From Paraspadella gotoi (lineage: Eukaryota > Animalia > Chaetognatha): a stretch of DNA of 64,000 bases. The position numbers were made by a program, and so were the translations under genes. The notes below the pieces were generated by a model. It saw only the letters and a list, made by a program, of their open reading frames with translations, did not search any database and had not been told where the DNA came from. The DNA is taken from assembly GCA_051294375.1 (NCBI GenBank), contig CM119269.1:13610790-13674789 (forward strand), in the 5' to 3' direction. Shown piece by piece: positions 1 to 13,000 of this stretch (the first letter of the stretch is position 1; the number at the start of each line of letters is the position of its first letter).

Positions 1-521
1 GCCTATCTGGTATACCGGTAGTAAGCCTGTTATCTTTTCTCTCCACACAAGAGAAGCGACTCTCAATCGTTTGGGTGACTTCAATATATCGATAAAATGT
101 CGTTGCAGGGTGAACGACACTTACCACTGGCTTGGTCTAAAATTGGGAAACGAACCCATCATCCACCGACGGTTATTGGTGAGGCTAGCAACTCAGTCAT
201 TACGGCGGAAATAAGACGATGTAGGTGAAGCGTAAAAGGCGGCTCAACTTTGATTCAAATATTCCCGCCGCAGACGGATTTAAATTAAAACCTTTCGCAC
301 GTGATATTTCTTGAGCTTTATCTTGTCGAAAAAGTAACACTTTCAATGTTTTTTTTCTGCTTTTTTGCTTTTAATTTTTGAAAGTTTCTTCGCGTGTTTA
401 ACAAACATAAATTGTAACCGAACAAAGCCAGGATTCCCGCGCCGCCCGTACGAATAATAAATATTAAATTATTAATTAATGATAGATACATAATTAATAT
501 TTTAATATATCGAACGCCTAC

Positions 522-959
522 CGCCGTCTCGTGAACTCCGACGATTGTCACTCTTTGTTCGTCGGCGTCGAAATCGTCCCAAGCGAACAAAATGGCTCCA
601 TCTCTCTCCCAACCCAAGAGACGAACGCGGATTCTCGAATCTTGTTTCTTTCTCCGTTCTTTAGATCGTTCGCTCCTCGATTCGTTCCGTTCTTTCGATC
701 GTTCTTTCCGTTCAACGTGACGCCGCTTCGTTCCATCCTCACGTTTTAAGGAGTCAATCGCTTCATTCGTTCCTTTCATCCCGTCCAGCGGATCTTCCAG
801 ACCCTCGACTCCGCCGAGAACTTCCAGACCCTCGCGACGCTCTCTCGAAGCGCCATCTCTCCGACGCCTGTCGACGAAACCGTTCGAGCGTCGCCAACGA
901 AGAATGAAAGGGAGAACGTGATCGTCGACTTTGAAGACGGGCTTGAAGGCGAGACTCAT
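522..959 (-). CDS. GSAP: Gamma-secretase activating protein (pigeon/PION) homolog, first coding exon; gene probably continues leftward out of the window
   Basis: MSLAFKPVFKVDDHVLPFI...VRLLGWERDGAILFAWDD...VTIVGVHETA resembles the GSAP N-terminus as recalled (MALRLVADFDLGKDVLPWL...LHVLNVERNGNIIYTYKD...VFGLYD). Phase-0 GT donor (GCG|GTAGGC) at 521. Confidence 0.65.
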
Positions 960-1507
960 TTTCGGTCAAATAATGTTTTACGTTTTTTAAAGAGTATATA
1001 AATAAAGTAAATAAATTTCGGGAATTTTTTTGAAATTTTAGCATTCAACTTATTCAAAAGTTTTGTTCGAATTTCTTCTTTTAACTATCACTGCTTATCA
1101 GTGCTTACGCAATCAAACGTAATTAGCCTTATCTGATCAGATAACAGGATTAACACTTTTTATATTTTAACTGTTCCGTTATCGAGTCGATAACGACGGT
1201 TCACGATTACAGTCGTTAAATCAAGTAAACTTCTTTGGCAAAAATCTCTAAGAAGTAGCACGATTTTTTCTCAATTTCAATTTGGAATTTAATATAGAAA
1301 AAAAAATCAATTTTACGTACAAGGAATAAAAATACCGACATCAGGGCCTTGAGCGTTATGAGATAAAAAAAACAAGATAAGAAATACTATAAAAAAATTT
1401 CAAATATTTTTTTTGTAATCTTTCGCGTTTGAAAATATAAATTAATGCTTTCACAATGAACCCTATATAAACTTACTGAAACCGGCTTTATTTTTCTAAA
1501 AGAACCT

Positions 1508-3486
1508 TTATTGGCAGGGACTGATCAAGAATTTAACTTTGCTTTCAGAGTTGGCAAAGATTTCGTCGTTCTCTTCAACTTGGGCGAAGTGACCATTTGT
1601 CCTGAAATAATCGAAAGCAAACCTGATAATTTTTTTTTAATAAAATCACCGATTATTGTATATATCTTAATTAAGTTTGTTAAATAAAAGTTATCACAAG
1701 CTCCATTATCAAAACGAAAGACATTCCAATCAGAGACTGCTCACATTTGAGGCATGCTTGCATCGTTAAAGTCCGACTGAACGGCGACTGCACTCCAACG
1801 CGGGGTGGGCGCTCTGCTGGACACGAAAGCTCCGAGCCGTTGACGAAGCGGCTCGCGATCTCAAAAAGTGGGGAATTGTAAGTTTAAAATTAACTTTGAC
1901 GATTTATTCAATTGTATTTATTCCTTCTGCAACTTTTTTTTTTGCGGTTTCGAGAGTTCCCTTACCATGAAGATTATTTTCGAGTTTGCCGTCTAAGCCA
2001 GTGGAGATGCATTTCATGCCGAGCATGAAAAAAATTAAGGCTGGAAAAAGGAGGCCACAACTGTTAGAAAAAAGAATTAAGTTTTAAGGCGAGTTTGAAG
2101 AATCCAGCGCTCACGAAGAGCCTCACCCGCTGAAAATGAGTATGAGGGTCCATTTTAAGCTGTAGTCTTCCGTAAAGACGTAATAAAAAAGTACCAAAGC
2201 TAAAAGCATGAATGGAGTGGCGGCGAGGAAGCAAGGCGTGCCGTCTCGAGCTTTGGACAACACACCATCGCCGTCTGGAAATAGAAACGTTAATCAAGGA
2301 CATTAGAATTCATTTCTTGGGCGAAGAATTTCCAACAGAAACAGTCGATTCACTTTTCTTAAACTTATGGTTTATTTATGTATATTTAAGGTGAGTGGGC
2401 GAATGGTCACGGCACGGTTGAGATTCTTTTCATAATTACTTATTGTGACCCGGTTATTACAAAAACCACGATCTTACTTATGGTGACGCTATTATTAAAA
2501 AAAACAATGATCTGGTCCGATCGGTAAATTTTAACATTTCATGATTATCATTAAAGTCATTTTTTTGGCTCGGTTCCTGGCAGCATTACCAAATTGAATT
2601 AAGAGGTTATGGCAACAGCCGGGTTGCCTGTGATGCCCATTTGGGTGGGCATCTCACCTGTTGGCTTTGGGGGCTTCCGACCCTCAGTGACGCCTCCAGT
2701 CACTGGCGCGGTTACCCTAGGACGGTCTCGCTTTGCCAACGCAGAGGGAAGTCATTAGGACTGTGGATGGAACACTACGCCTGGGATGGTGTGTTCCCCC
2801 TCTGAGCCAATGGATTTGGCTGACGGATGGTGGACGTGTAGCGGTTGTGAATATACCGCCACAGGATCCCCGGGCCAAGACATCACTCAGGTTCCTCAAG
2901 CCTGAGAGGTGTCTGACAAGACTGTTACCATAGTGGGAGAGAGAGAGAGAGAGCGCGAGTTTGGGGGTGGGGCATAGGCGTTTGTCGTAGCGTACCCCAG
3001 GGGCATAGGCATTTGTCATAGCGTACCCGAAGTCGGCAGGGCATAGGCGTTTGTCGAAGCGTACCCTGAGAAGGTTGCGTGTTCGATAGTAGGGCTCACC
3101 ACTTATGGCAACAGCCGGGTTGCCTGTGATGCCCATTGGGATGGGGCATCTCACTGTTGGCTTTGGGGGCTTCTGACCCTCAGTGACGCCTCCAGTCACT
3201 GGCGCGGTTACCCTAGGACGGTCTCGCTTTGCCAACGCAGAGGGAAGTCATTAGGACTGTGGATGGAACACTACGCCTGGGATGGTGTGTTCCCCTCTGA
3301 GCCAATGGATTTGGCTGACGGTGGTGGACGTGAGGCGGTGTGAATATACCGCCACAAGGTGATAATAAATAAAGTCCTGAATGAAGGCTGAAAATTTTTG
3401 AGCAGTCACCGTTCTGTGAAAATGAGTGGGAAAATCTTACCAGAGAATTTCCTGAATTTCAGGCTTTTTCTTCTTTTTTCCATCAT
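1508..3486 (-). CDS. Small two-transmembrane protein of unknown family; 5 coding exons (~3486-3441, 2274-2127, 2060-1966, 1859-1745, 1601-1508)
   Basis: Phase-compatible GT-AG splicing gives MMEKRRKSLKFRKFS-DGDGVLSKARDGTPCFLAATPFMLLALVLFYYVFTEDYSLKWTLILIFSG-CGLLFPALIFFMLGMKCISTGLDGKLENNLH-DREPLRQRLG...MPQM-TNGHFAQVEENDEIFANSESKVKFLISPCQ*, with two hydrophobic helices. Confidence 0.65.
2608..3356 (-). mobile_element. TRIM-like non-autonomous LTR retroelement (749 bp) in an intron
   Basis: Direct repeats at 2608-2863 and 3104-3356 (~255 bp; minus-strand termini TGTGGC...GCCATA). 4-bp TSD AGGT at 2604-2607 and 3357-3360. PBS-like TGGTGAGCCC lies 2 nt inside the minus-strand 5' LTR. No credible coding domain. 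Confidence 0.8.
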
Positions 3487-3613
3487 TGAAACCTTTTGTC
3501 CCAATCATCGCCACACTCTCTAAAAAAAAATCAAACTTATCAATTTCATGAGAACAAATCATTTCCCTTTTTTGGCACAACCTTCTCTCTCCATTTTCTA
3601 TCTATTTACTTAC

Positions 3614-3887
3614 CAGTGGAGTGTCGAGAAATGGAGAGCCCCTACATTAACTAAACAATTTAGCAAGAATAAGGTTTGTGTCCTTTAAAAAATCACACTA
3701 TATTGTCATATTATGTTTGTATGTTAATATTTTTACGGTTATTAAATTATTTTTCAAAATTAAAATATATAACTTTGGTTTTATTTTTTACAAATTATTT
3801 TTTCAACCCCATGAACTATTCCCGGGCCTCCCTAAAAGCCCGACCCCTCGGCTTTGTGGAGAGTGCATACCCTTCTATACGCCCCCG
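3614..3887. mobile_element. hAT-type MITE
   Basis: Perfect 8-bp TSD TTACTTAC (3606-3613 and 3888-3895) flanking degenerate TIRs CAGTGGAGTGT / ATACGCCCCCG. Confidence 0.65.
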
Positions 3888-4763
3888 TTACTTACATTGT
3901 AATTGTAAAAACGTTGTAGTTAAAAGTCATCAGGAAAATGTTTAAACAAAATATCTTTTTTCTATCATACCAGAAAAAAAAGTTCAAAGTCATAACTCCC
4001 TTTGCTGCTACTTGGGTGACAAAGAACTGAGGCGTGCGACTCATTCACCTGGATTACGAGTTCGGTGACTGGAATCCGCGAATCACGAGGAACACAATTC
4101 ACGGAAAACAATTCGCGGAAACTCGAAATTTATAATATATGACTGATAAAAAAAATATTGATAAGAAAAACCGTCAAATCACGGCCAGAGGTAGAATTGT
4201 TTATTTCTATTTCATTTTCATGTTCATGCATTTTATTTTGAATTTACGATGGTTAAATATTTCCTTTTTGACTGTTTTGTAGATGTTAAAAAAAAATCTC
4301 ACGATTTCCGTAGTCTTTTAATCTTGTTAACTCTGAAATTAAAAAAAAGTAACTTTCCCCGTTCTGTCAATAAAATCAACAGATCAGATCTAATAACTAA
4401 TAATTTGCGATTAAAAAAAATTGCGACAGAGTGACTCTGGCTCAACGAAACTCAGATTAATTTGCTTGTACAAACTATTTTGGTTGTACATTCTATTTTG
4501 TAATGGCTCTTTGTACTTCGATGCTAGTGCGCAAGACAATTGTAACTCTCAATTTATTACCGAGATTGAAAGATTCATAATTTGTTTTTCTTATTTCTTG
4601 TAAGAGGGAATAGAGGGATGTACGCCTTAACTTGCAAGACTGTCCTGGAAAATCCGAAGGCATGGTGGTTTATTAAATAAATAAAAATAATTAATTAATT
4701 AAATAACTTAGAAATCTAGTTAATTAGTAATAAGATTCGTGAAGTGATTTTTTCGTAGACTAG

Positions 4764-5588
4764 TTTTTAGTGGGATCTGCTGAAAGCTCTATAATTCACT
4801 TTGTCGGTCCGTCGGTCCGCCCCCTCAATCTGGTCGGGCATTTACTTATATCATATCAGAACATCGAATTAGGATAAATTATGCTAAAAAAACGATGTCC
4901 GTCTGTCTGGCTGTCCGTTCGTCCGTCCGTCCCACCTTAGCCAAAAACACCAGTTACTCGTTATTGGATGGATGGATTGGAATGAAATTTTTTGTGTGGA
5001 TAGGGAAGTGTGTGATTGAGCTGGATATGAAGTTTCGATGGAATCGTCCGAGTGGAAATGAGTTTAAATGGAAAAAACAAAAAAATAGATTTTACTATTT
5101 GAACAACAATTACTCATGAGTGGATAGGGCGATTGATTTGGAATTTTGTATTTGGGTAGAAAAGTGTGTGATTAAACCGGAAATCAAGTTTCGATGGAAT
5201 CGTTTGAGTGGAAATGAGTTTAAATGGAAAAAACAAAGAACCTGTTTCACTAATTGATTATGCTTTTTTTCATTTAAATGTTAATGCAAGATGTATTAAT
5301 TAATCAAATGATTAATTAACTGATTAATTATTTGATTAATTAATTAGTTAATTAATTAATCAATAATTAATTAATCAGTCAATTAATCAATCAAAACAAA
5401 CATTTCGGATCAAATTAATTCATTAATTGCCTAATTAATTAAATAACTAACTTGAATAAATTAATTATTAATTAATTAAATAATTAATTAATTTGAATTA
5501 ATTATTAATTAACTAATTATATATTAATTAATTAATTACCGATAATGATCCTGGGCAGATCCGATATTGTTTGCTCAAACTTGTTTTT
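4764..5588 (+). mobile_element. Helentron-associated / DINE-1-like non-autonomous element
   Basis: Sub-terminal inverted repeats GGATCTGC (4773-4780) and GCAGATCC (5555-5562), 3' hairpin GTTTG-CT-CAAAC, T-rich ends, (GTCC/GTCT)n microsatellite, internal ~100-bp duplication and a TTAA-rich satellite. Homologous to 46620-46850. Confidence 0.7.
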
Positions 5589-6010
5589 TCGTACACGACG
5601 TTAATGATTGAACATTGTCAAAATAACATCCTTTTTCGTAAACTCAGCTTCTTTCTTTTTTTTCCTATTCTTACATTCAAATTAATTACGTATAAAAACC
5701 TTAGTTGAAATAGTACCAAAGAAACGTTTGGTCTTGGATTCAATAATATCATTTGTTTCCAATGCTTTACATCGCCATTCAAAGGATAGATGACTCACTT
5801 GTCAAAGAATTCTCTTCATTTGTTGATCTTTTGTTCCGAATCTTGTCTGCTTTCGATCATCATGTGACCAGAAAACTGTAAATGTTACACGAACGCGACA
5901 AAAATCTTCCGTTCGAAGATTTCCATGACTTATTGACGTTAAGTTTGCTTTGCACAAATCCTAGTACATTGACTTGAAATTTCTTTCATTTTCCGCGCTT
6001 TTTCAGAGAA

Positions 6011-6638
6011 ATGACTCGAAAACTAGAAGGAATGTTATTGATTTTTTTGTTGGCGATATCATCGCCGGCGATTCGGTCTCACGAACAGAAGACCTTCGAC
6101 GACGTCGTCAGGGTGCCCGTCGAAGCGAGAGATCCGGTTGTAGAAGCTCAGGACGTCTTTCCCAATGACGGTGCGCGAATAATGATCCCTCCATTTTGAA
6201 AATTTCGATCTTTCGAGCTTCTTTCTTCAGATTCTCACGGGCACGGCACCCGAACATTTCACGAACACGCCCGCGACAAGGATCACATCCTGAAGGACAT
6301 GGAAGGCGTCGTCAACAAACCGGAGTCGGAGATGTCTCAAGAGGAGCTTCAATTTCATTATTTCAAGCTGCACGACAACAACAACGACAACCTGCTTGAC
6401 GGATGGGAATTGATGCACGCGCTCAATCACGACGCCGACAAAGCCAAGTACAGTTTTCTTCCAAACGCATTTGTTTGTTTTCACCTTAATTTGTCTTAGC
6501 ATACCGTGACCTTATTTCCGTTCCAGGAGTTTTTCCGACAAAGAGATCTCGGACATGTTGGACCCCATTTTTAAGGACGACGACAGAGACGATGACGGAT
6601 TCATCTCCTACGCCGAGTTCATGGCGTCGATTAAGTGA
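6011..6638 (+). CDS. MCFD2: Multiple coagulation factor deficiency protein 2 homolog (EF-hand ER cargo-receptor partner); exons 6011-6170, 6231-6447, 6527-6638
   Basis: Signal-peptide-like N-terminus. HILKDMEGVVNKPESEMSQEELQFHYFKLHDNNNDNLLDGWEL and DDDRDDDGFISYAEF EF-hands match MCFD2. GT-AG introns are in phase. Confidence 0.95.
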
Positions 6639-7269
6639 TCATTTAAGACGATCAAACGAAGGATACAATTAAAAAAAACACTGGTGAATTCAATCATCTC
6701 TCGCCCGCCGGACCGAGACGCGTCCAGGCTTCATTACTAGTCTACCCTTCTAGAGTTCTTAGTCTTTAACTCTCCCAACCTTTTCGTCATTCCTTTCTCA
6801 TCCGAAATATCTTAGCGTTTCACATTCACAATCTACGGGATATTTAAATCGTCCATTTCTTTTTCAGTTTGGAGATTTTAGGACCAAATTAAGTCAAAAA
6901 GAATAACCTGTTTGAATTGGATAAACTCAAAGCCTCTCCGGACTAACTATGGAACGATTAACAAGCCACATTTAACAGACGGCTCTCACTCTTTAATATG
7001 AACTTGTCAGTTAATATAACTCCAAGATATCACCGTATTTGGTTTATTAGTACTAGAAATCGGTTTACACTTTACATTTGTAGGCTAAAAAGTATTCTCA
7101 GTTTTCAGTGAAAATTTCTTCTGGACCTTGGCCTGGTGGATGATTTTTTTTTTTAAATTTTTTAAAGTTGTGCTTACGAAAAACCGTGTATGATAAGCCT
7201 TTGTCACCTTTGTAGTAGTAGTAAAACAAAACAAATTCTTTACTGTAATTTAAAAAAACTGCAATCGTC

Positions 7270-10048
7270 ATGGGAGTAAAAACTCGTAAAGACTCTGGAA
7301 AAGATTCACCTCCAAAGTTGGAGCGAATTCGAGATAGGAAATTCGTTCGCCGGCGAAAGTTGGAAGAGGACGAGGAGGAGGAAGAGGAACAAGATGATGA
7401 GGAAGAGGGCGGGTCGGGATTTTCCCGCAGCCCCGCTAAGAGGACGAGATCCTCAACGAGGATGGCGTCATCATCGATGGCGTCTCCGCGTCCGGAATCC
7501 TTGGCTCCGGAATTGGATCAAGAGTCTCTTCTCCTCGGCGCCTTTCCCGGCGACCCGAGCTCGAGCTTCGCCGGCGACGACGCCTCCAGCGTCTTTAGCT
7601 TCGGTAGCGCCGGCGAGGCGGCTTCGACGACCGCCTCGGGCGGTGGAAAACCCACCGGTGAGCGTGTGAATAAACCGCAAACGTTTTAAAAGAGATTATA
7701 CTACTTACATTTTTAGTAGTATTTATATGGTAGATAAACGATGAGACGTTTGCTGTGCTCATGTTTCAGAATCTTGAAAGCCATAGTCAATCTGCGCAAA
7801 ACTTTTTTCTCCAAGCCAAGAAGCGCGCCTCCTCTTCGCGCCTGCCTCCCAGACCCCGTCCTCGCTTTTCCTGCAGCTGCTTCGTGCAGGAAGAGCATCA
7901 GCAACCCATCTTTGGCGTCGCCCTCAACAACGCCTTCGCACCGATCGGTGACGACGGGGAAGAGCCGCCACAACTTGCTGCCACCGCCGGCGCAAACAGG
8001 TAGTTTTATAGACGGTTTGCGATTATAAAATTATTATTTTAATTCATTTAATTTACATTTTTATATTTGCTTCTCAGACTCTCCATCTACCGGTGCAACG
8101 AGGACGGCGCCCTCGATCTCCTCACTTGTTACACTGATGCAGATGCCGACGAGATATTTTACACCTGCGCCTGGACGGTGGACACTTCCACGGGTTAGTA
8201 GGAAAATAAATCTTTGTTAATTTTGTGCAAGGAACTTTCGAAATTTTTTTTTTTTTTCAGCTTTGTAGTACAACATTCCTCGGTGTTTCTTTTTTCTAAC
8301 AGGCAACCTCCTCGTGGCCGTAGCCGGCGCTCGCGGCGTCATTCGCGTCGTGTCCCCTTCCACTTCCACCTGCGAAAAATTTTTCGTCGGACACGGCCAG
8401 GTTAGTAATCGGAAATGAGTGTAGATTATAGAAGATAATTTAAAGACCGAAATAAATTGTGAGGATAGTGCATATTTTCGGCCCTATGTCTTTTTTTATT
8501 TAGGCTGTGAACGAATTGCGCGTTCATCCAGTCAACCCGGATCTCCTTCTTTCGGTCTCAAAAGATCACGATCTTCGGCTGTGGAACATTCAAACTGAAT
8601 TTTGCATTATTATATTTGGTCAGTTGTAACCTTGCTTCAATTATTAAATTATTTTCCGTATATTAATTACTAATGGGACGGGGACCAATCTCCTTGGTCC
8701 ATGTGGGATTATGGGTCTCATAAATTTTTCCATGTCGCATTCCTTAACTTACAATTGAACGCTAAGAGTTGCCGCCTCGTCCCTGCTTTGCGTGAATGAG
8801 AGCCAGAACGCTGTACCTTTGGGCTTTAGTAACGACGGAAATGTGTTTTGTATGAACACGTGGTAATGATATTTCGTCCATAAAAACATTGACGCAGGCG
8901 GCGCTGACGGTCACCGAGATGAAGTCCTGAGCGCCGATTTCTCCCTCTCCGGTGAATCAATCGTTTCATGCGGAATGGATCACTCTGTCCGCGTCTGGAA
9001 GCTGAACCACGACTCTGTCAAGTCTGCCATTGCCGAATCCTACGCGTACAGACCAACAGCAAAGAACGACAGGTGTCTACGGTAGATCTCGTATAGCTAT
9101 CTCATCATTTATAACACTGACGTCCCCATCCCAAATATAAATAATACTATTAGATTTAAATATGTAACACAAAAAATATAACAATAAATAAAATCATAAA
9201 TAATAAATATTTTAAAAACTAAAAAACTAAAAATTGTGAAACCAGTAATTTTGAAAATTTTCATAATTTAATTTTTACATGTTCTTTATCGAAGCCCCTG
9301 TCGGACACCATTGACAATTCGGCAACATTATCCTGACTATTGCAATCGCGACATCCACAAGAACTATGTGGACTGCGTTCGCTATTTTGGCGAACTCATC
9401 GTTTCTAAATCCTGCGAAAACAAAATAGAGATCTGGAAGCCCGGCAAACTTGATCAGCCCGAAGGATATAAAGTACAGTAGTTTTGTTTTATTGTTAATT
9501 AATATCTTTTTCAAACGTATTCGTAATTGTTTTTTTTTTTTTTTTTTTTTGTAAATCTTTTTAAAAGATGGGTTCGGCCGGAGATTCTGAAGCTACAAAA
9601 ATCCACACCTTCAATTACAAGTGGTGCGACATTTGGTGAGCAATTAAGATCTAACGCGCAACGAGAGAATTTTTACATCACAATTGACTGAGTCAACGTA
9701 TGTCAGGTACATGCGATTCTCCATGGATCCCCGCAAGCGGCTCCTTGCTCTGGGCAACACCTTTGGCAAAATTTACGTTTGGGACATCGACGTTGACGAT
9801 CCCTCGCAGGTCGAGAATTTGGTCCGCTTTTTTATTTGATTTTTTTTATTTTTTCTAAAAAATTTATTTATTTTCCCTTGGATTTTATTCAGGCGAAACA
9901 TTCGGAATTGAATCAGGCTCGGTGCAACACAGCGATTCGTCAAACGGCGCTGAGCAAAGACGGACGCATTCTCTTAGCCGTTTGCGACGATGGGACTCTG
10001 TGGCGTTGGGATCACGTTAACGGCGCTGGAAATGCCGTTTCTAATTAA
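7270..10048 (+). CDS. EED: Polycomb PRC2 WD40 subunit EED/ESC; 10 exons (7270-7657, 7816-7999, 8078-8193, 8303-8400, 8504-8618, 8898-9072, 9295-9472, 9568-9635, 9707-9821, 9893-10048)
   Basis: Motifs [67 protein letters not shown] and [27 protein letters not shown]. The methyl-lysine aromatic-cage residues (F, Y, W, Y) are present. Confidence 0.97.
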
Positions 10049-13000
10049 CGCTGTATTCTAAAAATAAACTGAACTTTTTTCATTAATATGAACCGAATCA
10101 GATTATGAGATAAAGTGAATTGAATCCAGCAGTATCTTCAGTTCGAAGAGAAAGTCTAAGAAGTAATTTTATTATAAAGCTTTCTACGCTTCTCGGTTCA
10201 CAGCGGTCTACCAGTTTAATCAAGTGTTTGCAACAAAATATCAACCTTCCAGTGCTCTTTTTTCGCCCAATTTTTACTTAATCATTTGTGCCATCTTTCA
10301 TTGCTGATTTGTTTTTCAAATCGTTTTTTTTTTTTTTTTTTTCAGTTTTTTAGGTTAATAATTAATTAGGCAATAGCTATGGTCAAGCCTCAGTTAGGAT
10401 CTTCACGAAAAAGGTAGTTCGCTTTTTTTTAAATTAGCTATAGTATAAATGCAGTTGAATAGTGATAAACTATCTTTAAGGAGTACAGAAGTCTTCATAT
10501 TAGAAAATGCTCTCAACATTTTTTGCAGACAGTATCCCAATGGCCATACTAATGGGACTAATGGAAATTGAGCGAAAATGGTGTTTTTGTCATAATAAAT
10601 GTACTTTTAGGAACAAGTAAACGTTTCTGCAACTGATCAGGATAGAAAAAAACTTTTAAAAATTCTGCCCATCTTTTGCCTGCCTGGGCTGACCCCTGAG
10701 GGGCCCATATCTCGGGTCATAGGTCAAGTTTCAAAAATCCCCTCGATAGTGCCATTTCTATTGCCATAAAATTAATTCTGCAAAAAGTTTGATCGGAACC
10801 GATTCTCGGTTCGAAAAAACGGGAGAGCGTTTTCTGATATGAAGCCTTCCGTATTAGTAATAGGAAAACGAGACTCTGACGGTTTTATGGAGTTGATGTG
10901 AAATAAGTCAGCAAGAGCTTGTAGTATGACTCATATTATTCGACTCGAGCTTTGAGCAATGAGCATGCGTTTGAAGAAGCTAAAAATCTATGCTGGAGCT
11001 CTGATTGCCCGAAACCTCATAAAAAACGTTAAAGCGGATTTTGCTTCGTTTGCGTTTCCCGTCTCGTGTATCCGAAGGCGGATTTCTCCCAGATTTTAGA
11101 ATCTCGGTACAGAGAAGAGTTTTTGATCCCCCTTTTAATTTTCTTCCTTTCATCACTCGCGAAAAGCTTTTCACCTTCTCCATTCTCCAATAGTATTTTG
11201 TTTTCTCAAAATCTATTTCAAACAAAAACGTTCTCTCGTAACAGTACTCGATAATCGTGATCCATAAAGGATATTTTAATACAGCTACAGTACAATGGCT
11301 TCATTTACCTTTAGTTAAGATCGATATTTTTACTTATAACAATCTCTAATATGAATTGAATTAATTTTCACCGTATGTACGTATTTGAGAAACTCCCGGA
11401 GGATCTCAACTGACGTTAATGAATTATCTGAAAATTTTATAGACGATTTCCTTAGGGCCTTTAACTTTAGTTAAGAAAAAGAATCGTCTTCCTCATCATC
11501 CTCTACATGACTTGCTCCTCCTCTTCCTCTTCCTCCGCCTCCGCACATACGCAGTTCGCTTCCCGTTTCTCTCTCTTCTCCGCCAATATTTTCTTTTTCC
11601 ATCGCCAAGGTTTCTCTCTCTCTCTCTGGAAGCTTCGCTCTCTTTCACCGATTCTATTTTATTTTTCATTTTCGAGCGCTCCAAGTTTCTCATTCCCATA
11701 ATAACCTTACTACAATGTCGATTTTAAGCATATTTTACATCCGGCCCGCAATATTTTTTCGCTCTATATATCGATGAAAGAAAAGTCTTTTTATCCCGAT
11801 TTGGTCAAGGACAGAGAGAAATATGTGGAATGGGGGAAGCATGTGCAGTCTGTTCTCGTGCTGGCACCGTTGCCATATGCAGCCAGCAGCGCTTGAAATT
11901 TCATTTCCTCCTTTCGTGTCCATTGAATAAATCTATTATGTTAATGAGATTTTTTCCTTTCCAAGCATTTTTTCTTCGCAAATGATGGAAATCTCGTCGT
12001 TTTAATGTTATTTATTAATTATTTTTCGGCTTATCTACTATCTAGTTATCATTTTTATTATAAGTACTGTTTATTGTTTTTCCTTCTTTTTCAGGTTTTC
12101 GTGGTTAGAAATTAAAAGTCTCTACAAGATTAAAGAAATCGAGAGCAGAGAGGATTTTTAGGGTCTTTCATCGAATTGGGTAAGTAACCTCTCGATATCT
12201 TGTCCTATTAATTTTTATTTTTAGTGCAGGTACTTTTGAATCTGATGATTATTTTACCAGTATCTTTTTTCTTATCCAAATTAAATTTCTTTATCGTATA
12301 ATAGCAATTACAAATATCGTGATTTATTTATGAAACAGTTACTGACAATTAATAAAATCTGTAAAGGGAGTTTCTTTACGTAGATTAATATAAAGTTTAT
12401 CCTTTTTATTTTGTTTTGTATATCGTTTGTCAAGATAAACCGAAATAATTTATTAAAAATGATATTTTGTATTTATTAATCCCGATAAGTAAAGATATAT
12501 TGTACTATTTTTAGACCCATTTTAAAGGTCATATTCTCTAATCTAATGTAAAGAATAAGTTTTTGACTCGCTAAACGCATTAAATCTTGATCTTATTTCA
12601 CTCAAAAATTTTCTGATACGGACAAAACTAAATTATTTACATAGCGTTGGTGAAAAAATATTTTTGAGATTTTCTTATTTGAAATTTTTTTAGCAATTTT
12701 TTTTTTATCAATTGCCTTATTATTTTAAACGTCCGTTTTATATTATGAGAATATAAATGATTCGTTGTGATTACGTAATACGTATTTATAGTGTTTATAC
12801 TATATGAAAAATTGCAAGGTTACTTATTTTACTATAATAGACTATATTGGATTAAATTTAAAAATGTAAAATTTTTTATATATTTGACTATATAGTACTA
12901 GATTTATATAATATTTATAAGATGAATCTGGAACAATAGCTTGATAATCATAAATATAAAATGTATGGCAACAAATGTTTATTTTTTTAACGTTGCAACG

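Noticed and set aside
2717-3235. 172-aa ORF in the LTR-like element
   Set aside because: Crosses LTR, internal repeats and a microsatellite; no gag/pol motif.
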